Shown here piece after piece: positions 1-14,400 of a stretch of DNA of 64,000 nucleotides (the first letter of the stretch is position 1; the number at the start of each line of letters is the position of its first letter). This stretch comes from Tubulanus polymorphus (taxonomy: Eukaryota > Animalia > Nemertea). The notes beneath the pieces were generated by a model, which worked only from the letters and a program-made list of their open reading frames with translations, searched no databases and was not told the DNA's origin. The stretch covers positions 19,103,653 to 19,167,652 of the forward strand of contig NC_134028.1 in the NCBI RefSeq assembly GCF_964204645.1. The letters run 5' to 3'. A program made the translations under genes and the position numbers.

Positions 1-869
1 CCCATAACCTGTTGCCATTTTCGGGGGATCTCGATGGATGATGACGGAATAGAGACTGGCTTCCATTGTGATAAAACAACCTTGAGAGCCTTTTTATTGT
101 GTAGCTAAACTACATAACTACATAATCAAATAGATGGCAGCACTGTCCATATTTCTTTACAGGGTGCAGCAAAACTAAATACAAACAATAAATCTAGCTA
201 GGGTACATATTTTGACAGTAGGGTTGTGTTACCTTGTGTTGTGTCTTGTATAAGGGCACATTTTCCACCACCTGGCTTAGAAGAGGACTTTAAATTTAAG
301 GGACATCAATGGCCTAAACTTAAGAAATAAAACCTAGACGTGCCAAAAATAATTGTAAAGATCTGCTTAAAAGTCATATATTAAAATTTTTTTCTAACTA
401 AAATCTTGAAAGTAATCCAACCACTGCTTCATGTTTGTCAGGCTTCTCATAGGATTCACAGAGTGGTGCCTGTTCTATCCTAGATACAGCTTGTAGGTCC
501 TCATTTCTTTCGACATATGTTATGAGCTCATCGAAGCATTGGTCAATAGGTACATGTATTCGGGATTTAAAGAAGAATTACATCAATATGAACTATGCTG
601 ATATAATGCGTGTGAGTGGAAAAAAATTATGAAATATATTTTCATCACATCAAGCCCAAGAAGCAGGACGGATAAATAAATAAGTGCACACAATTAGCAG
701 CCAACAGATATAGAGTATAGATATAGAGTATGATTGAGTTACAGGTATGTTGTAAAATTAACTATAATATCGCACCCTTCAATATTATTGAAAGCAATGG
801 TTAGATAGTTTTACTGTATTTATTAAAATAAAACACACAGAAAGAAACAAGATTCTTCTCCTCAGAGAA

Positions 870-3855
870 GTCCTGCATTCTCATTATAATGGAGAGCTGC
901 CAGATAGATCCTGCAATATACCGGTATTATTATCTCAACAATACATGTATTTCCAAAATGTATATAAGAACTGGCACCAATGGATACAAATTGGCTAGAA
1001 GATAACATACCTACTGCACGTTCCTTGGTTTGAGAATTTTAACATCTTAGGAGCAAAACGATTAACCACACTATGGTAACACTACGCCGCTAGTCTGACC
1101 AAGAGATGACATGTTTGTTACATCTCCAACGAATAGCTTTTTGGTCAACAGGTTTACAACTTTCTCGCAAGCTTCACTTCCTGTATACAGAGTTAATTAC
1201 CATTTCGAAGGAAAATATACCAAAATATATCAAATTTTCTTTTTAGTTATAAAGTGTACCTGGTCTCAACCATTTCTTCGGTTTTTCTAATGGACTGTGG
1301 CGACAGTTCTGGTGGATATTTTGAATATGTTCATTTGTTGAAGTCCATTTCCTCCTGATTTCTTCTTTATCACCAGGCGATGATGATTGAGCACACCAGT
1401 AGAGATGATATGTAATGCTCTTCATCCACAATTTCACAATAGGAAATGATTTGGAGATGGCGTCCAGTTTCTTAGCCAAATCTGAAAATAGATAAAAAGT
1501 TTTCAAATTTACAACTTTCATTAAAGTCACTTGATAAGTCCACAGTTTATGGCTTACGGAGAGTATTTGCCAAAAATTCACTTTTCACTACATGCCAGCA
1601 ATCAAAATAATGGGGAATATTCCAGGATACCCTAATCCATTTGGCAACTTGGCGGTGACAATCGGTTATAATAGCTTCCATAGTGAAACCCTCCAAGTCC
1701 TTTCAACATCGTTTCAATCCCTCAAGGTCCGTATTGTAACTATTGCCAGTTTCATTGCTCTGAAAGAGAACAAATAATTTCACAAATCAAGCATCCCCTC
1801 CTAGTATCAGCTGACTGCCTTTCAAGTTTTCTAATATTTTCGCTTTCGATTTTGTCCATGTTTCATTAATTGCTTTATAAAGAAATCGAGCTTGATGGTT
1901 GAAAAACGTCCTAACAGTTTGGCACTGTATATTTATAAACCTGAAAAGATACAATAGATTAAAGAAATACGTATAATTTAATAATATTTTCATTTAATTC
2001 GCATTTTATCATAATGTACCGAAATATGCGAAGTGCCTTTTCTGGGCAGGAGCCAGTAAACAGAATGCTTGCACTCAGTAAGATGTTTAGTACTTGAATT
2101 TGGTTGATCAGGGGTTGATTCTGCCATTCATTCGTTAAGCCGCAACAAGTACACTTGGTACGAACTCGTAAGAAAGTACATTTAGTCTGGAAAAAGAAAT
2201 CATGTACCGGTAGCTGTTTTTTTTTCAGTTGAAATGATAAAAATGCAACCTTCTCCACCAACCTGTTTATAACAATCATTCTCCCCTCCACACAAGATAC
2301 ACACAACCAAAAGTTGAAGCAGAGAGGATTCAAATACTATGTGTTTCTTTCTCTTTTGATAAGGCAAATCTTCATCGCTTCTGTAAGTAAATCAAAGGAA
2401 AAAGTCAAAATCAGTTGTTAGCCCTCAAAAAGAATGTATTATATCATATTTGTAGAGTGTACCTACTTCATTTCGTGAAATACCCCATTTTCCTCCTCCT
2501 CCTCTTCATCACTTGGAATGTAACTTTTATCACTCTCTGTATCTGTATCAGAGCTGTCACTTGCTGATCCAAAATCGTCTTGCTCATCTATATCTAGTCT
2601 CCTTGGCTTTTTGGGCTGTGGAGAAGAAACTTGAGTCCCTACTGATATGAGCTGTGGTCGAACTTATTTTGACAGGTGAGGCACTTTTGCTTGTATTTCA
2701 TCCAAAGTTTGGCAAGCTAAAGGAGAAGAAAATAATCAAAATGTATAATACGATTGGTCACTATGCAAAATGATAAGTGAAAAACTAGTTTGGTGTGTCT
2801 ATGAATTCTAAAAAAGATTTAGCCATTAATTACCTTTATGGTGCACTTCAGAAAGTGGCTCAACTCCAGAGATGTCAAAATCTACTTGACTATCATCACA
2901 AGTATCTGCGACAGCATTATCCACTAACTGTTGCCTCTCTCGCTTGGCATAGGCTAACCTGGGTTCACTAGCGCAGATATTTGGTGTTGAAGACACAAAC
3001 GTTTCTGAGGGTTCTGACTTCGGAGACTCGACTTGCAGCAAATGGATTGTGGGAACGGCATCAGATTTTAGACGAAGTTTTCAAGATAAAATAATTGTCA
3101 ATTAATTCATTATGACCTCTTTCAGTAATTGGACCTAGGGCTCTACATCATCTCTGACTATATAGGCCTAATGAACCAGCAGCCTCCTACACCCAGCTCA
3201 ACCATTGACCATTTTTTTGTTTTAGATAAGAATTAAACATCAAATTGAAACTATAGTAGTTGGCTAATTATTACCACTGGTGCTGTCAGGTCATATTATA
3301 GACATATACTGCTGGTCAGATAATTGAAAAATGTATTTGAATTATGCCTAATAACTGCTTATGATTTTGCGTATCCGAGTTCATGTGCCATCATGTTAGA
3401 AAAAGCCTCGTCAGAAAAGTGCTTGTAGCAAAGTTGGCTGGTTTGAGTGGGCTGAAAGTTTTTCCTCTTCGTGCGCACGAAAGCCGTCCATATTTCTAGC
3501 TCTCGCTTGGTCTTTTGGCCACTCAAACTTCGAACAATACATGAGAGCAATACATGGCTATACACTGCCGGGGCATTGTGAAAATTAGCGTTAATTTGCG
3601 GAATCTTCGGTGAATGAATGTAGTAGTAGAACGCTTCCGGGTATGCCACTGGCAAGGACTTCTCAGAATGACGTCATCAATATCGACGCGCAACCGCAAG
3701 CGTCCTGTTGCTAGGGCCGATGCTACAGGCTTTTCTTGGGATTGGATAATGATATTTAATTTTTTTTTTCACGAAACTACTATAGACGTATATGGTGATC
3801 ATTTTATTAAAAAAAAATTAGATTTAAAATTTTTTCCTACCTCTTCATGACTCCT
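870..3855 (-). mobile_element. Degenerate Kolobok-type DNA transposon (THAP domain plus intron-containing DDE transposase) inside a DUS1L intron; its other end probably lies left of the window
   Basis: Minus-strand fragments: THAP-like C..W..LCYKHF (3359-3550), LILGGDA (about 1790-1810), IITDCHRQVAKW...HYFDCWHVVK (about 1582-1670), QTSGVVSYHSVVNRFAPK (about 1048-1100), YLAALHYNEN (about 876-907). The terminus reads TTAA|AGGAGTC on -, with TTAA at 3856-3859, matching Kolobok RR termini and TTAA target. Stops and frameshifts are present. Confidence 0.75.
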
Positions 3856-3881
3856 TTAAAGTTAATACATTTTATTTCTAG

Positions 3882-6800
3882 TTGTTAACTGTTCATGGTC
3901 GTACCAAAGAACAGAAAGGTATTGAAACCGGACTTGCTAAGTGGGAATTCATTAAAGCTGTCAAGTGAGTACTGTAATTTGTACCTATTCACCAACCATT
4001 CACTCAATCTCAATAAATGGATTTCTTAAAAATATTATGCCCAATAGAAAATCCCAAATAATCAAATGGACAGCATATGTTATCAAAACATGATTATTTC
4101 ATAGCTGCTAATCCAACATTCATGGGATTTTATAGTTTGTCCCACTGTCCTGGGAAGCATTTAAATGTCATGGATTTATTTTGGCTTTTGTCACAGAAAA
4201 ACTCTTGACAGTTTTTATTAATTTCCAAATTTTCAACCGAAAGTTGGCTATTTTTTGCAAGCAGTAGGAGAATAAGTAATTGATATACACCTCAGGAGTG
4301 ATATAATAAGCCAAGTGAACACTGCGGCGCTAGCAGTCAATGCTCAAGAGTGATTTGATATGACAAGTGAACACTGTTGCACTAGTGGATGCTACCTCAC
4401 TTCCTACACATTGAGTTCATTTTTCAGCATGATCATTTATAGCCTTATATACATACAATATTTTGATTTAATTCCTTTGTTGAATCTTGCTTCTTTCAGA
4501 GATGCAGTAAAAATCCCAGTATTCGCTAATGGCAATATACAGTATTTGGAAGATGTAAACCGGTGTTTAGAGGAAACTGGTGTTGATGGTGTTATGACAG
4601 CAGAAGGAAATCTGCATAATCCGGCATTATTCTCTGGTATCAATCCTCCAATATGGCAGATGGCCGAAGAATATCTAGATTTAGTCAAAGAATATCCATG
4701 TCCATTGTCTTATGTGAGAGGTCATCTATTTAAGTTGTTTCATCATGCGTAAGTTTGATAAGTCTTCTAAATGGTTAATATTTTTAAAATTATCACAAAA
4801 CTTGTTGCCTCAACGATGTTTCGTCAATTCATTTTTAGCTTAAACATTCATCTTGATATTAGGCATGAACTCGCTAAAGCTAAGAATCTCTCAGACATGT
4901 TTCGGATTACTAAATCACTTAAGCTACGCTGTCAGGTTCGTAATCAATTAATTCTAAGTGAATCTCTCACCAAATTGTCTCTTTCTATTATGCATACTGT
5001 TGTCCCTTCCTGTCTGTCCGCTGAGGTTTACATTCCCTAGAACCGAATTTTTTCCTAAAACTCAACGGAGAGGTTGTACTAGATGATGGAAGTAAATTTT
5101 GGTATTGATCATTTCGCCAACAGACAACAATGCCTTGTGTATATAGATCTTCACACCCTCTCAATAACCATCGCACATTGTATTGATACTTCACAGACAA
5201 TTGTTGTGTTGTTTGCTGTAAGTAATTCATTGATTTTAGGTTTTGACAAATTGTGAGTGGAAACTGATTGGATTTTGGACCTGTAAGTCAAAGTTCAAGG
5301 TCACTGAAAGCCATTTTGTCTTTCATTTCCAGGCCCCAAAAATTACCAGTCCTAATTGATACAAGAAAAAGTCTACTGTGCTTAAGAAACAAGAAGCAAA
5401 GGGACAAATTCCCTTATTATATCACTTTGTCGACATGCAACTATAAATGTTCGAAATCTTGCATACATACCGGGTAATGAACGACTCTTTATATGTATTT
5501 CAGGAAGATATGGCAAAGGCAGATAATGATCCGAATACATTTTCATCTTATAAATTGCCACTACCTCATTGGTTATGTCAGCCATATGAAAGACCACCAC
5601 AGTATGTATCCGAATTCTCTCATAACTATCATTAATTTTGTTGCTGGTGGAGGCTTATCAAAGATGAAGTTGAGTAGAACCCACTATTAGCAGTACCGGT
5701 CTACTCGGTAATCCTATCAAACTGGTAGAATGATTAAAAGTTTTTCTGTCCCCAATGTTTCTGACAAACATCCTAAAATCTATACCGGTATTTGTCTATA
5801 CTGGTTACAATTTTGCTGATCCCCACGCTACCGCCATAGGCAAAATATACATGTTTATAGTCCTGCCTATTGGTACATTTAAGTCATAGGTAAGTCAGAC
5901 TTATTTATCATTTTATAATCCAGATGTTGTGCATTCATTCATTTGTTTGAATTAATAGTTGTACCTTATAATTTCAAGTTGGATGTCTTTGAGTTGAGTG
6001 ATGTTTCTAGTTGCTGAAGATATTTTCATACATACTATCTTCTTCTTTGTAATATCAGTGTTTTCCATCAGATCTGACTTAAGTGGGCTTGACTGTAGCT
6101 TGATTATCTTCAAAATGAATGTGTGCAGCCATGTTTTTGTTTCCATGTATGGTAGGGGTGGCCCCTTAGAATATTCAAGACAAAACAACAGTCAAATCCA
6201 TTCCTTTCACAAGAAGTTGCGACAAGGTGACTCAATTTTGATGGTCTGCTTAGTGTGTCCTTCATGGAAACTGTTGTTCTTGATAATACTGGACCTGTAT
6301 CACTCGATGAGATTTTATATTTCTATTTAGAACCACTGACATAACTCCAAAAGAAAATGTTAGTGAACTGAGAACCAACAAACGACACAATGATCAAGTG
6401 ATTGTAGATGAAAATGGACAGCCAATGTCACGCAATAAGATTAAGAAACTTTTACGAAATCCTCAGAAACAATTGAACAATAAACCGAAAATCGTGTATG
6501 AAATATGTTCCGCATGCCGTAATCCGAAGGTATGTATGTTTATTCAGCCAATCAAAATGCATTTGCAGAGATGTTTATATTTACCCATTTTCTTTGTTGA
6601 AGGGAATGAAACTTAAATTATGCCTCAGGAAAAAAGTCCCATATGTAATATTCTTATTTCTTTTTTTTCACAAATACGGTCAACCTCGGTTAATCCGTCT
6701 TCAGTTAAACCGAATAAGTGCTTATTCCGTATAAATAAATTGGTCCTGTTTTTCAGTAACGTTATTCCCTATAAAATTCTATGTCTAATTCGTACTCTAT

Positions 6801-8871
6801 TTTCACTTATTCCGTAGACAAATGCATGGCCCCGTTGTCCAATTTATATGTACATCCTTATGTGTAATCCGTATAAGCTGTATCAGCTGTTGGGAACATA
6901 GACTTGAAGTGAAAAAAGTATAAACATCTGTAATCTAATGAGGTTAATGTGGTCAGTAGGAAATATGAGAAACTAACACAACACTCAAGTTAATCCATCA
7001 ATGTCATAGTCTCAAACTACACTCAATATTCAGTACAGATGCTTATAGCCGCGATCACATGAGCATTTTGGCCCGGAACAACTGTTCATATGGGTGCCAA
7101 ATGGGCCCAAGTCTATTTGGCCCGGGCCAAATTTGGCCCGACCAAATACGTCGGACCAGGCCCGAGCCAAATTTTAGCACCAGACAAATGATTGCGTTTG
7201 AATTGCAACTGGCACCGGAAATGATCCACTTCGCTTTGTTTGAACAATGTTTAGTGTCGAGTGAATGGTTTGCTTGTGAACGCGCTCTCTTATTAGGCAC
7301 AAGCCAAATTTGGCCCGGGCCTGATCTGTGCCAATTTGGCCAGGGCCAAATCGTCTCCGTGTGATCGCAGCTATTATCTGTCAATCAGCAAAAGTCCTTT
7401 GATGAAGCGCCCTCATGTACATGGCCTGTGGGTTATCTGTACTAGACACACGATGGCTTCAAATCGTCCTACTCTACTGAAACCAGTTGGTTTGTGTTTC
7501 ATCACACCAGGGGGTATTTTCATTTCAAGTATAAATGATATCAAATGGATCTAATGAACCATCGGATACTATGAACTTTTTATTCCTCTCAATGGATTGT
7601 TAGAATGTGGTTCTACTGTAGTAGTCATCCACGGTTTGAGAGATAACCAGCTATTATAGGGATTGTGCACTTAAATCATAGTCTATACAGGTAATAGTTA
7701 ATTCGTATCAATTACGAATTATCTGTTATCTGTTTATCACTTAATCCGTACTAAAAAGCTCAGTCCCTAGTGATACGGATTAACTGAGGTTGACTGTATG
7801 TTATTTTGCTACACTTGCAGGATTTAAATTTTCATAAGCTTTCAGGTTACCACTTTTATCCCGCTACTCAGTGTAAATAATAACAACAGTTTTGCCGCAG
7901 CTAATCTGCACAATTTTATCATTAACCACGGGCCCTAAACGAATACGTAGGTCCCACCACATATCCTTCATTCTGGACCCATGATTAAATCGAGATGTAC
8001 GTTATGTCAGTGTCCAACATTACTTTTTTGTGAAATCAGTGAGCCACTTAGTCTTGGGACATTTTTTTCCTTCCTCATATTCAAGTAGGGATATTTTTTC
8101 TGGAACATTTATTTTCCTGCATTGGTATTCATATAAGCCTATTTCAAAACAACAGCAATGGAATGAACTGAATAGTACATTTCTCTGGCAGTCTTGATGT
8201 GCGTAGGTTCACTGAAGTGGCTTTTGACATAAGCATATAAGTAATTTTCGTCACCAATTACAACCCATTAATGTTCAGTAGATGAAAAACTTAATTTTGC
8301 ATTCTTTGATTGTTGTAAAAAATGAGATTTTTGATCGGCCGTGCTGATTCATGGTGTGAGTACAAAACCCAAATAATTGTTGCTAGTCGTGATCAAGCCT
8401 CAGTTCCCGAGTACTTTTCAGTCTAGTATCACAGCACCACTGATAGGGTATGGGGGTCATCCCCAGAAAATTTATACCACCTCAAGATCCGATTTGCGAC
8501 ATTAATGGACATGAATTTTAATTTTCTTTGTATCCAAAATAAGGAGAATTATCATTTATCCATTACCGATTATCATAGTAGCTGCTATGATGCTATTTAT
8601 TCTTTCAGGGTGGTAAATGTGAACATCACCTTTGCAAACCATGCTGTAAAGAGAAGACAACCACTCAAAGTCTTGACTGTAATGGTAAGGGTACATCATA
8701 ATTGTTAGGTTTTTGCCATTTCAGAGGTCTATCCATTTTTTGAATTTTTCTTATTTGCTTACAGGACATAGATTCTTATTTGAAACCAAGGGGAAACCGG
8801 TCACATTGAATGTTGAAAACAAGAAAAACAAATTAGAAGCCACTGGTGACGAAATTATCTGTGATTCTTGA
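3882..8871 (+). CDS. DUS1L: tRNA-dihydrouridine(16/17) synthase 1-like, last 7 coding exons (5' exons outside the window)
   Basis: GT-AG exons 3882-3964, 4500-4748, 4839-4935, 5504-5601, 6331-6529, 8609-8684 and 8765-8871 join in frame: [83 protein letters not shown]. Confidence 0.92.
6677..7796. mobile_element. Tc1/mariner-type MITE
   Basis: TIRs CGGTCAACCTCGGTTAATCCG / CGGATTAACTGAGGTTGACTG, flanked by TA on both sides. Confidence 0.75.
7046..7373. mobile_element. PIF/Harbinger-type MITE nested in the Tc1-like MITE
   Basis: TIRs TAGCCGCGATCACA / TGTGATCGCAGCTA, TTA duplicated on both sides, internal ATTTGGCCCG repeats. Confidence 0.65.
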
Positions 8872-11449
8872 TCATAATAAATGCTTATATGTTCAATTGA
8901 CGCAAGGTCTTTATCCATTTTTTTGCATTTTCTTATTTGCTTACAAGACATAGATTCTTATTTGAAACCAAGGCGAAACCGGTCACATGGAATAATAAAA
9001 ATAAAGGTCCAGTGGCTCGCCTAACTGGTATGTAGTAAAAAGATCTGTCACGAATAGGCTACCGGTATGCAAAAACTCATTTCATTAAAAGTCAAACAAG
9101 AAAAAAATATAACAAAAAGGACTCAATTTTGGTCAGTGTGAACTTTTAATGATAACTGACTTTGAACGAGAATGAAATCTTCGAAAAATAGATTATTGGA
9201 ATTTTTGTCTCAACAAATGTTCAAAATTTTGATACATCCCTTGAATGACGTAAAACAACTAAAATTATGAGTGACCCGTTAATATACGCTACAAACTTAG
9301 TGAGACTAAGCCTCCGTTTCATCATTATCATATGGACAATAAGGACAGAAGCTCCAAAGTTCTTCAAATTTGAGGCCAGTGCTTATTACTGACGAATAAT
9401 TTATTGACTGACATGGTTTTTAATAATTTCACGATAGGATTGCTTTAAGTAGGCAGGCAAGCTTACGACTTCAATCAGATCGTTGTTACACACGATATAC
9501 ACCTGGACATTTTATCCATGATTAACCCGAGTTCCTTCAAGTCATTAAAGGCTGAACATGGCAATTTTATTATTTCTATAGGTTTGTATAGTTTGTATCA
9601 AATTAATAAATATCAATACCGGTATGTTTGTGTTGATTTCTGTTTTAATTCTGGTCGTCGGATGGATGTTCAAATCACGTGTCGACTGTCAATGGACTAG
9701 AGCTGATGCCACTGTGTGTTTACAAACACCTCCCACCTAAGGAACAGCTAAACCTAACCCTAGCTTGTGATTGGCAGGAGCCGGTCACCTGATGTAAATA
9801 AACATGCCGCACCATTAAAAACATGGTTACTTATCATGAATTTCAGTGCGATTGTCACTTATTTCATCCTCAGTTGCTCTGTGAAGTCGTCAAATTAGCA
9901 AATTTGCTTGGGGTGAGCCCTCAAACCCCTGCAGTGTCTTCACACCTTCAGTGCTTGCTTTATGTTTGTTACAAAAAGATTTTCAGGTTTTCTTCATCGG
10001 CAGTGGTGAAACGCCACACATTTGTGCAGGGGAAATTTGAGAAAGTTCTTTTTAAACACACTCAATTACATTCAATAAAATCTTTATTATTCAATCATTG
10101 AAAAACTATCACAGATTTCTTTGGTTTCACTTATGGTACAGCCTGGAAGTATAACGCATTCGTCGGAGATCGTTGCTTTTTCATTTTTGATAAAATGAAA
10201 TAGAAACGCGAATCAAACTACGTAGTTACTACACGCACGTCGAATGCACATAAGTATTAATAGCAGCTCCCTTCTTTTCGAGTGCAACTTCTTGTATTTG
10301 GATGACTACATGGTAAACTACATGCAGTAACATTATAAGCGCCTAATAGGAGCGTTTTCTGAAACAAGTGTCGAATGTGTTTGGAACTAAACAAAACGAA
10401 TTACAGAGTGCGGTTTGAACAATATAAAACTAAACGCAAACGAGAACGGAGTTAGGTTTCTTCTAGGCTATATTACAAAATATGACACAAATTAACACTG
10501 ACGTCCATACAGGGCATCAGAAAATGTGATTTAGTCATTTTCAGTCTTAATCACTCTATAATTAGTTTATAACAGATTTAAATTACATGTAGTTTCTAAT
10601 ATCGTTCGTAGGATGGCCATACTTGAAACAACAGGGTAACTTGAGACGACATCTTATGTGTTGATGTAAGCGGCAAAGGCGAGTTCATCATTTTCTTAAT
10701 CAGCTTCATCTCTATCTAGCATATAATAGCGATTTAATTCCTTCAGGAAAATACTGATGAATTCGCCTGTTACTTGCCTTGATAGGAAAGATTTTGTCTC
10801 AGAGTTGCCCCGTTGTTGCAAGAGCATGTACATGTATCCCTTTCCTACGGGATCCCCAGCACAACTCCCCTAAAGACTTCACAGTAGACTTACTCAGTAC
10901 TAGTAAACAACCTGGATAAATGGGGAACCCGCAACACCAGCTATCCCACCAGATGAGCAGTAGGTCTTCCATTGTCAAAACTACATAGTTCGTTTTCGAT
11001 GAACTGGATTTTTAGACTCCCGAATCCATATACACTCCCAAATCCATATACCACAGCACCCACCAAATATACGATACTTTTATTCTGATTGGATATTGGT
11101 GTGTTTCATAGAATATTGATTCATTCATGAGAAAAGTTGATTCTGATTTAATTGAAATGTAGAAGAAATCAAATGCAGACTCCTGGCGGATCCTTGTCTG
11201 CCACACGTATAGAGTCCTCAATTGCTGCAATGGCGCTGTGGGTACCCCATTATGTTGGTTAAGTTGGTGAATCCAACTAAAATCATATTAACGGTACGTA
11301 AAACTTAACCCTCTGCTTAGTGTCGGGTCAACTCAAATAATTACAGTCACAACACTACCGAGCAGTCTGTTTTCTTAATTGATTTGATAAGATTCGAAAA
11401 ATGCGCTGAAAGGTATAAGCAGAGCATCTATTCTATAACAAAAAGTGAT

Positions 11450-14400
11450 TTAAACATCAACACTTAATGGAGCCTCTGAGGACTGACATGGCTCAAGTTC
11501 ATCTTCTCCTCGACAACATTTGATCAACGAACAACAACACATACATCTACAACAACGATTACAAATGGACCTCTCAGTCAGTTGTGGTTCTTCTTGCACG
11601 CGAGCAAAATTCAAAAAGACTTGTTCCAAAGTTGTCTGACTAACCGAGTAGTCTTCGATATTAAAAACAGTTTTTGCTCGTTCCAAAGTTCCAAATATTT
11701 TTGCCCATGATAAACTAGTATCAGTGATATGATAATGGACTAATCCTTGATGGATATCTTTTAGGTGAGCTGAAGGGAATGTTGTCTCAATGAACTGCAT
11801 CAACGGTTGAAGGTCAGTTGCACCTCCCCCTGTGGGAGGGCCAACTTTTGCGAGCAATGTGTATCCTTCTCCAAATTTATACTTAAGATGCTGTGGACTT
11901 CCGAGGCATTTAAACTGACCATTAACCATTATAGCTAACCTTGTGCATAAAGCCTCACACTCCTCCATACTACAAAATACAACATTTTATACCTTTAATT
12001 TAAGATAGAAAGTTCAAATGTAGTGGCAAAACAACGATGACAGGTTTTCTGCAGCCCAGGGAATTTCACGTATCCACTATAAGGGATTGTTCAAAGAGTA
12101 TATATAAGCACCCTCCCTCCATTGTACTTGACAGTACTTTTTTTTAAACCACATGTATGTACGCATAATGATTTTCAATTTATCAATGGTAACTACCGTC
12201 GTATCAGAGAAACCGACACAATCGAGGCAAATCTGCTTTAACACTTGGATTGGCTTCTCTAAACAACTTAAAGAAGTAATTAAACATTCTAAATTCCCCC
12301 AGATAAATTTTGAAAATTCAAAATGCGTTTTGTGGCCATTTCACGGTCTCATTCACAGAAGCATGAGAAGTCGTGAGCCAACCACCTAGTACAGGGAACA
12401 ACGAGCTGCTACACAGTACAGCGTGCTTTTGAAACCAGGGGTCCAGGGACACCATGCCCACTTGCGAAGTGGTTTCAAATGCTCAACAATCTAACAATTT
12501 CAATATTCAACGCCCTCTGGTGACCATATACAAAAAACAATGACCTTGAAACCCACCACAATCATAGAACTTGACAGCAGCTACGATTTTGTAATTGATT
12601 GTGTTAACAAAATATGCCTCGTTACAAATCTAATATGGAAATACTAGGCTACTTTACTATTCAACGACCCCTGATGACCATATGCAAAACCAAATGACCT
12701 TGAACCTCACCACAATCATAGAACATGTCATGAACTACAACTTGGCAATCGATCATGGTTACAAAATATGTCTAGGTACCAAACTAATAAGGATATACTA
12801 AGTTATTCTACTATTCAACGCCCCTGGTGAAGAATAACTAATGTCCTTAAAACTCACCACAATCATAGACGATGTCTATATAACTATGAGCTATATAACT
12901 TTGCAATTGATTGTGGTAACAAAATATGCATAGGTACAAATAAAATATAGAAACACTAAGTTATTGTATAATTCAATGCCCTCTGGTGGTCATATACAAA
13001 AAGCAATGGCCTCGAAACTCACCGATATCACAGAACACGTTATGGGGCTACAACTTTCCAATCGTTTGTAGTAACACAATATGCTTAGGTATCAATATAA
13101 TGTGGAAAAACTTTTTCCCACCTACGAATGAGTACTGATGACACCAAGATGGACACCAAGATGGCCACCAATTGCGTCATAATTGGCTGATCAAAAATAC
13201 CTGTCTCGGCTATAGTACATCCCTTTCCAAAGAATACCCATCACAAGTTGCAACGAGAAATAGCAAACCAGTACGAAGCTACAGGACCCAGAATTCGGGC
13301 CAAAATTGACATTTTTGGCCACTAAAAAGGTCATAGGACGGCCATCTAAAGTGCAATCAATTTTTCTTAAGCTGATGGGCCCTTGGGGGATTCAAATATA
13401 TATGAAAGATCAAGGTAATTGATCAAAGCGTCTTCAAAATTTCCCTCAAAAACTTCAAAAATGTGTAAAAAGTGCTGATTTTGGCGAACAACAATGGCTG
13501 CCAGTCGGCCATCTTGATTCTGACAGGGCCAGTTTTTGGGCTGAAGATGTGTCTAGGGTAGATACATGTGTAACCCAAATATCAAGACATTACATTAAAG
13601 GGTCTTCAAAACTTCCCAGTGAACGCAATGGCCCGCTGGGACTAAAGTCCCAAGTGGGCTAAAAAGCTTAAAAATTTTTGTTGAGCAAAAAAGTGGGGCG
13701 GCCGCCCCCGCTCCGCAGCTCTGACATCGTAGTAGATACATAGATAAATCAGTGTTGCAATGAATAAGCATTGAAATGCATTACGCGATGACAAGTAAAA
13801 TAGGCGCCGAATGCTTTTACAGTTCACCCAATAACCAATCGCGCCGGACCAGTTGAGTGATACCATCATCACACCCCACCCCCTTTACTTTTACATCAGT
13901 TCTGGAGTAATTGGAAAAATGATATTTTTCAATACCGAAATCCGCTGGAAACTGCAGGGAATTCTCATCTCTGAATAAAAAGACATAGAATGGTCTGTAC
14001 ATAGGCCTACTAGGCCTGCTTGGATCCCATCTCTCCCTCATACGCATTTGCTTGCATTTTCACTGCACCCCTTCCCTTCCTATTGTGGGTACTTACTTAT
14101 TGAACGATCCCAAACAGTCTGTCAGTTAGTCCCAAACAGTCTGTCAGTTGTGGAGCGGTGTGGCCGAGCGGTTAGAGCGTTCGACTCTGGGAAGCCAGGT
14201 CGTGGGTTCGAACCCCGTACATTGCCGTAGTGTCCTCGGGCCAGACACTTATCCTCATTGCCTCTCTCCACCCAGGAGTAAATGGGTACCTGGCCGGATA
14301 GATGACTCCTGAGCGTTTGTTAGCAGCTCAGTGTTACTTCTCCCCAGGGAGAGATGACTGATACATGTTAGAGTATAAAATTGGCCAGGGTAATAATATC

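Noticed and set aside
9745-9800. CTAACCCTA telomerase-template-like sequence (also at about 26112)
   Set aside because: No recognisable pseudoknot, CR4/5 or H/ACA domains in the expected order; such hexamers are common in transposons.
10619-10628. ATACTTGAAA shared between the starts of the two structured segments
   Set aside because: Similar words occur elsewhere in this AT-rich window, so it is probably chance.
14150-14225. tRNA gene
   Set aside because: No acceptor stem; it continues into a SINE body and tail.
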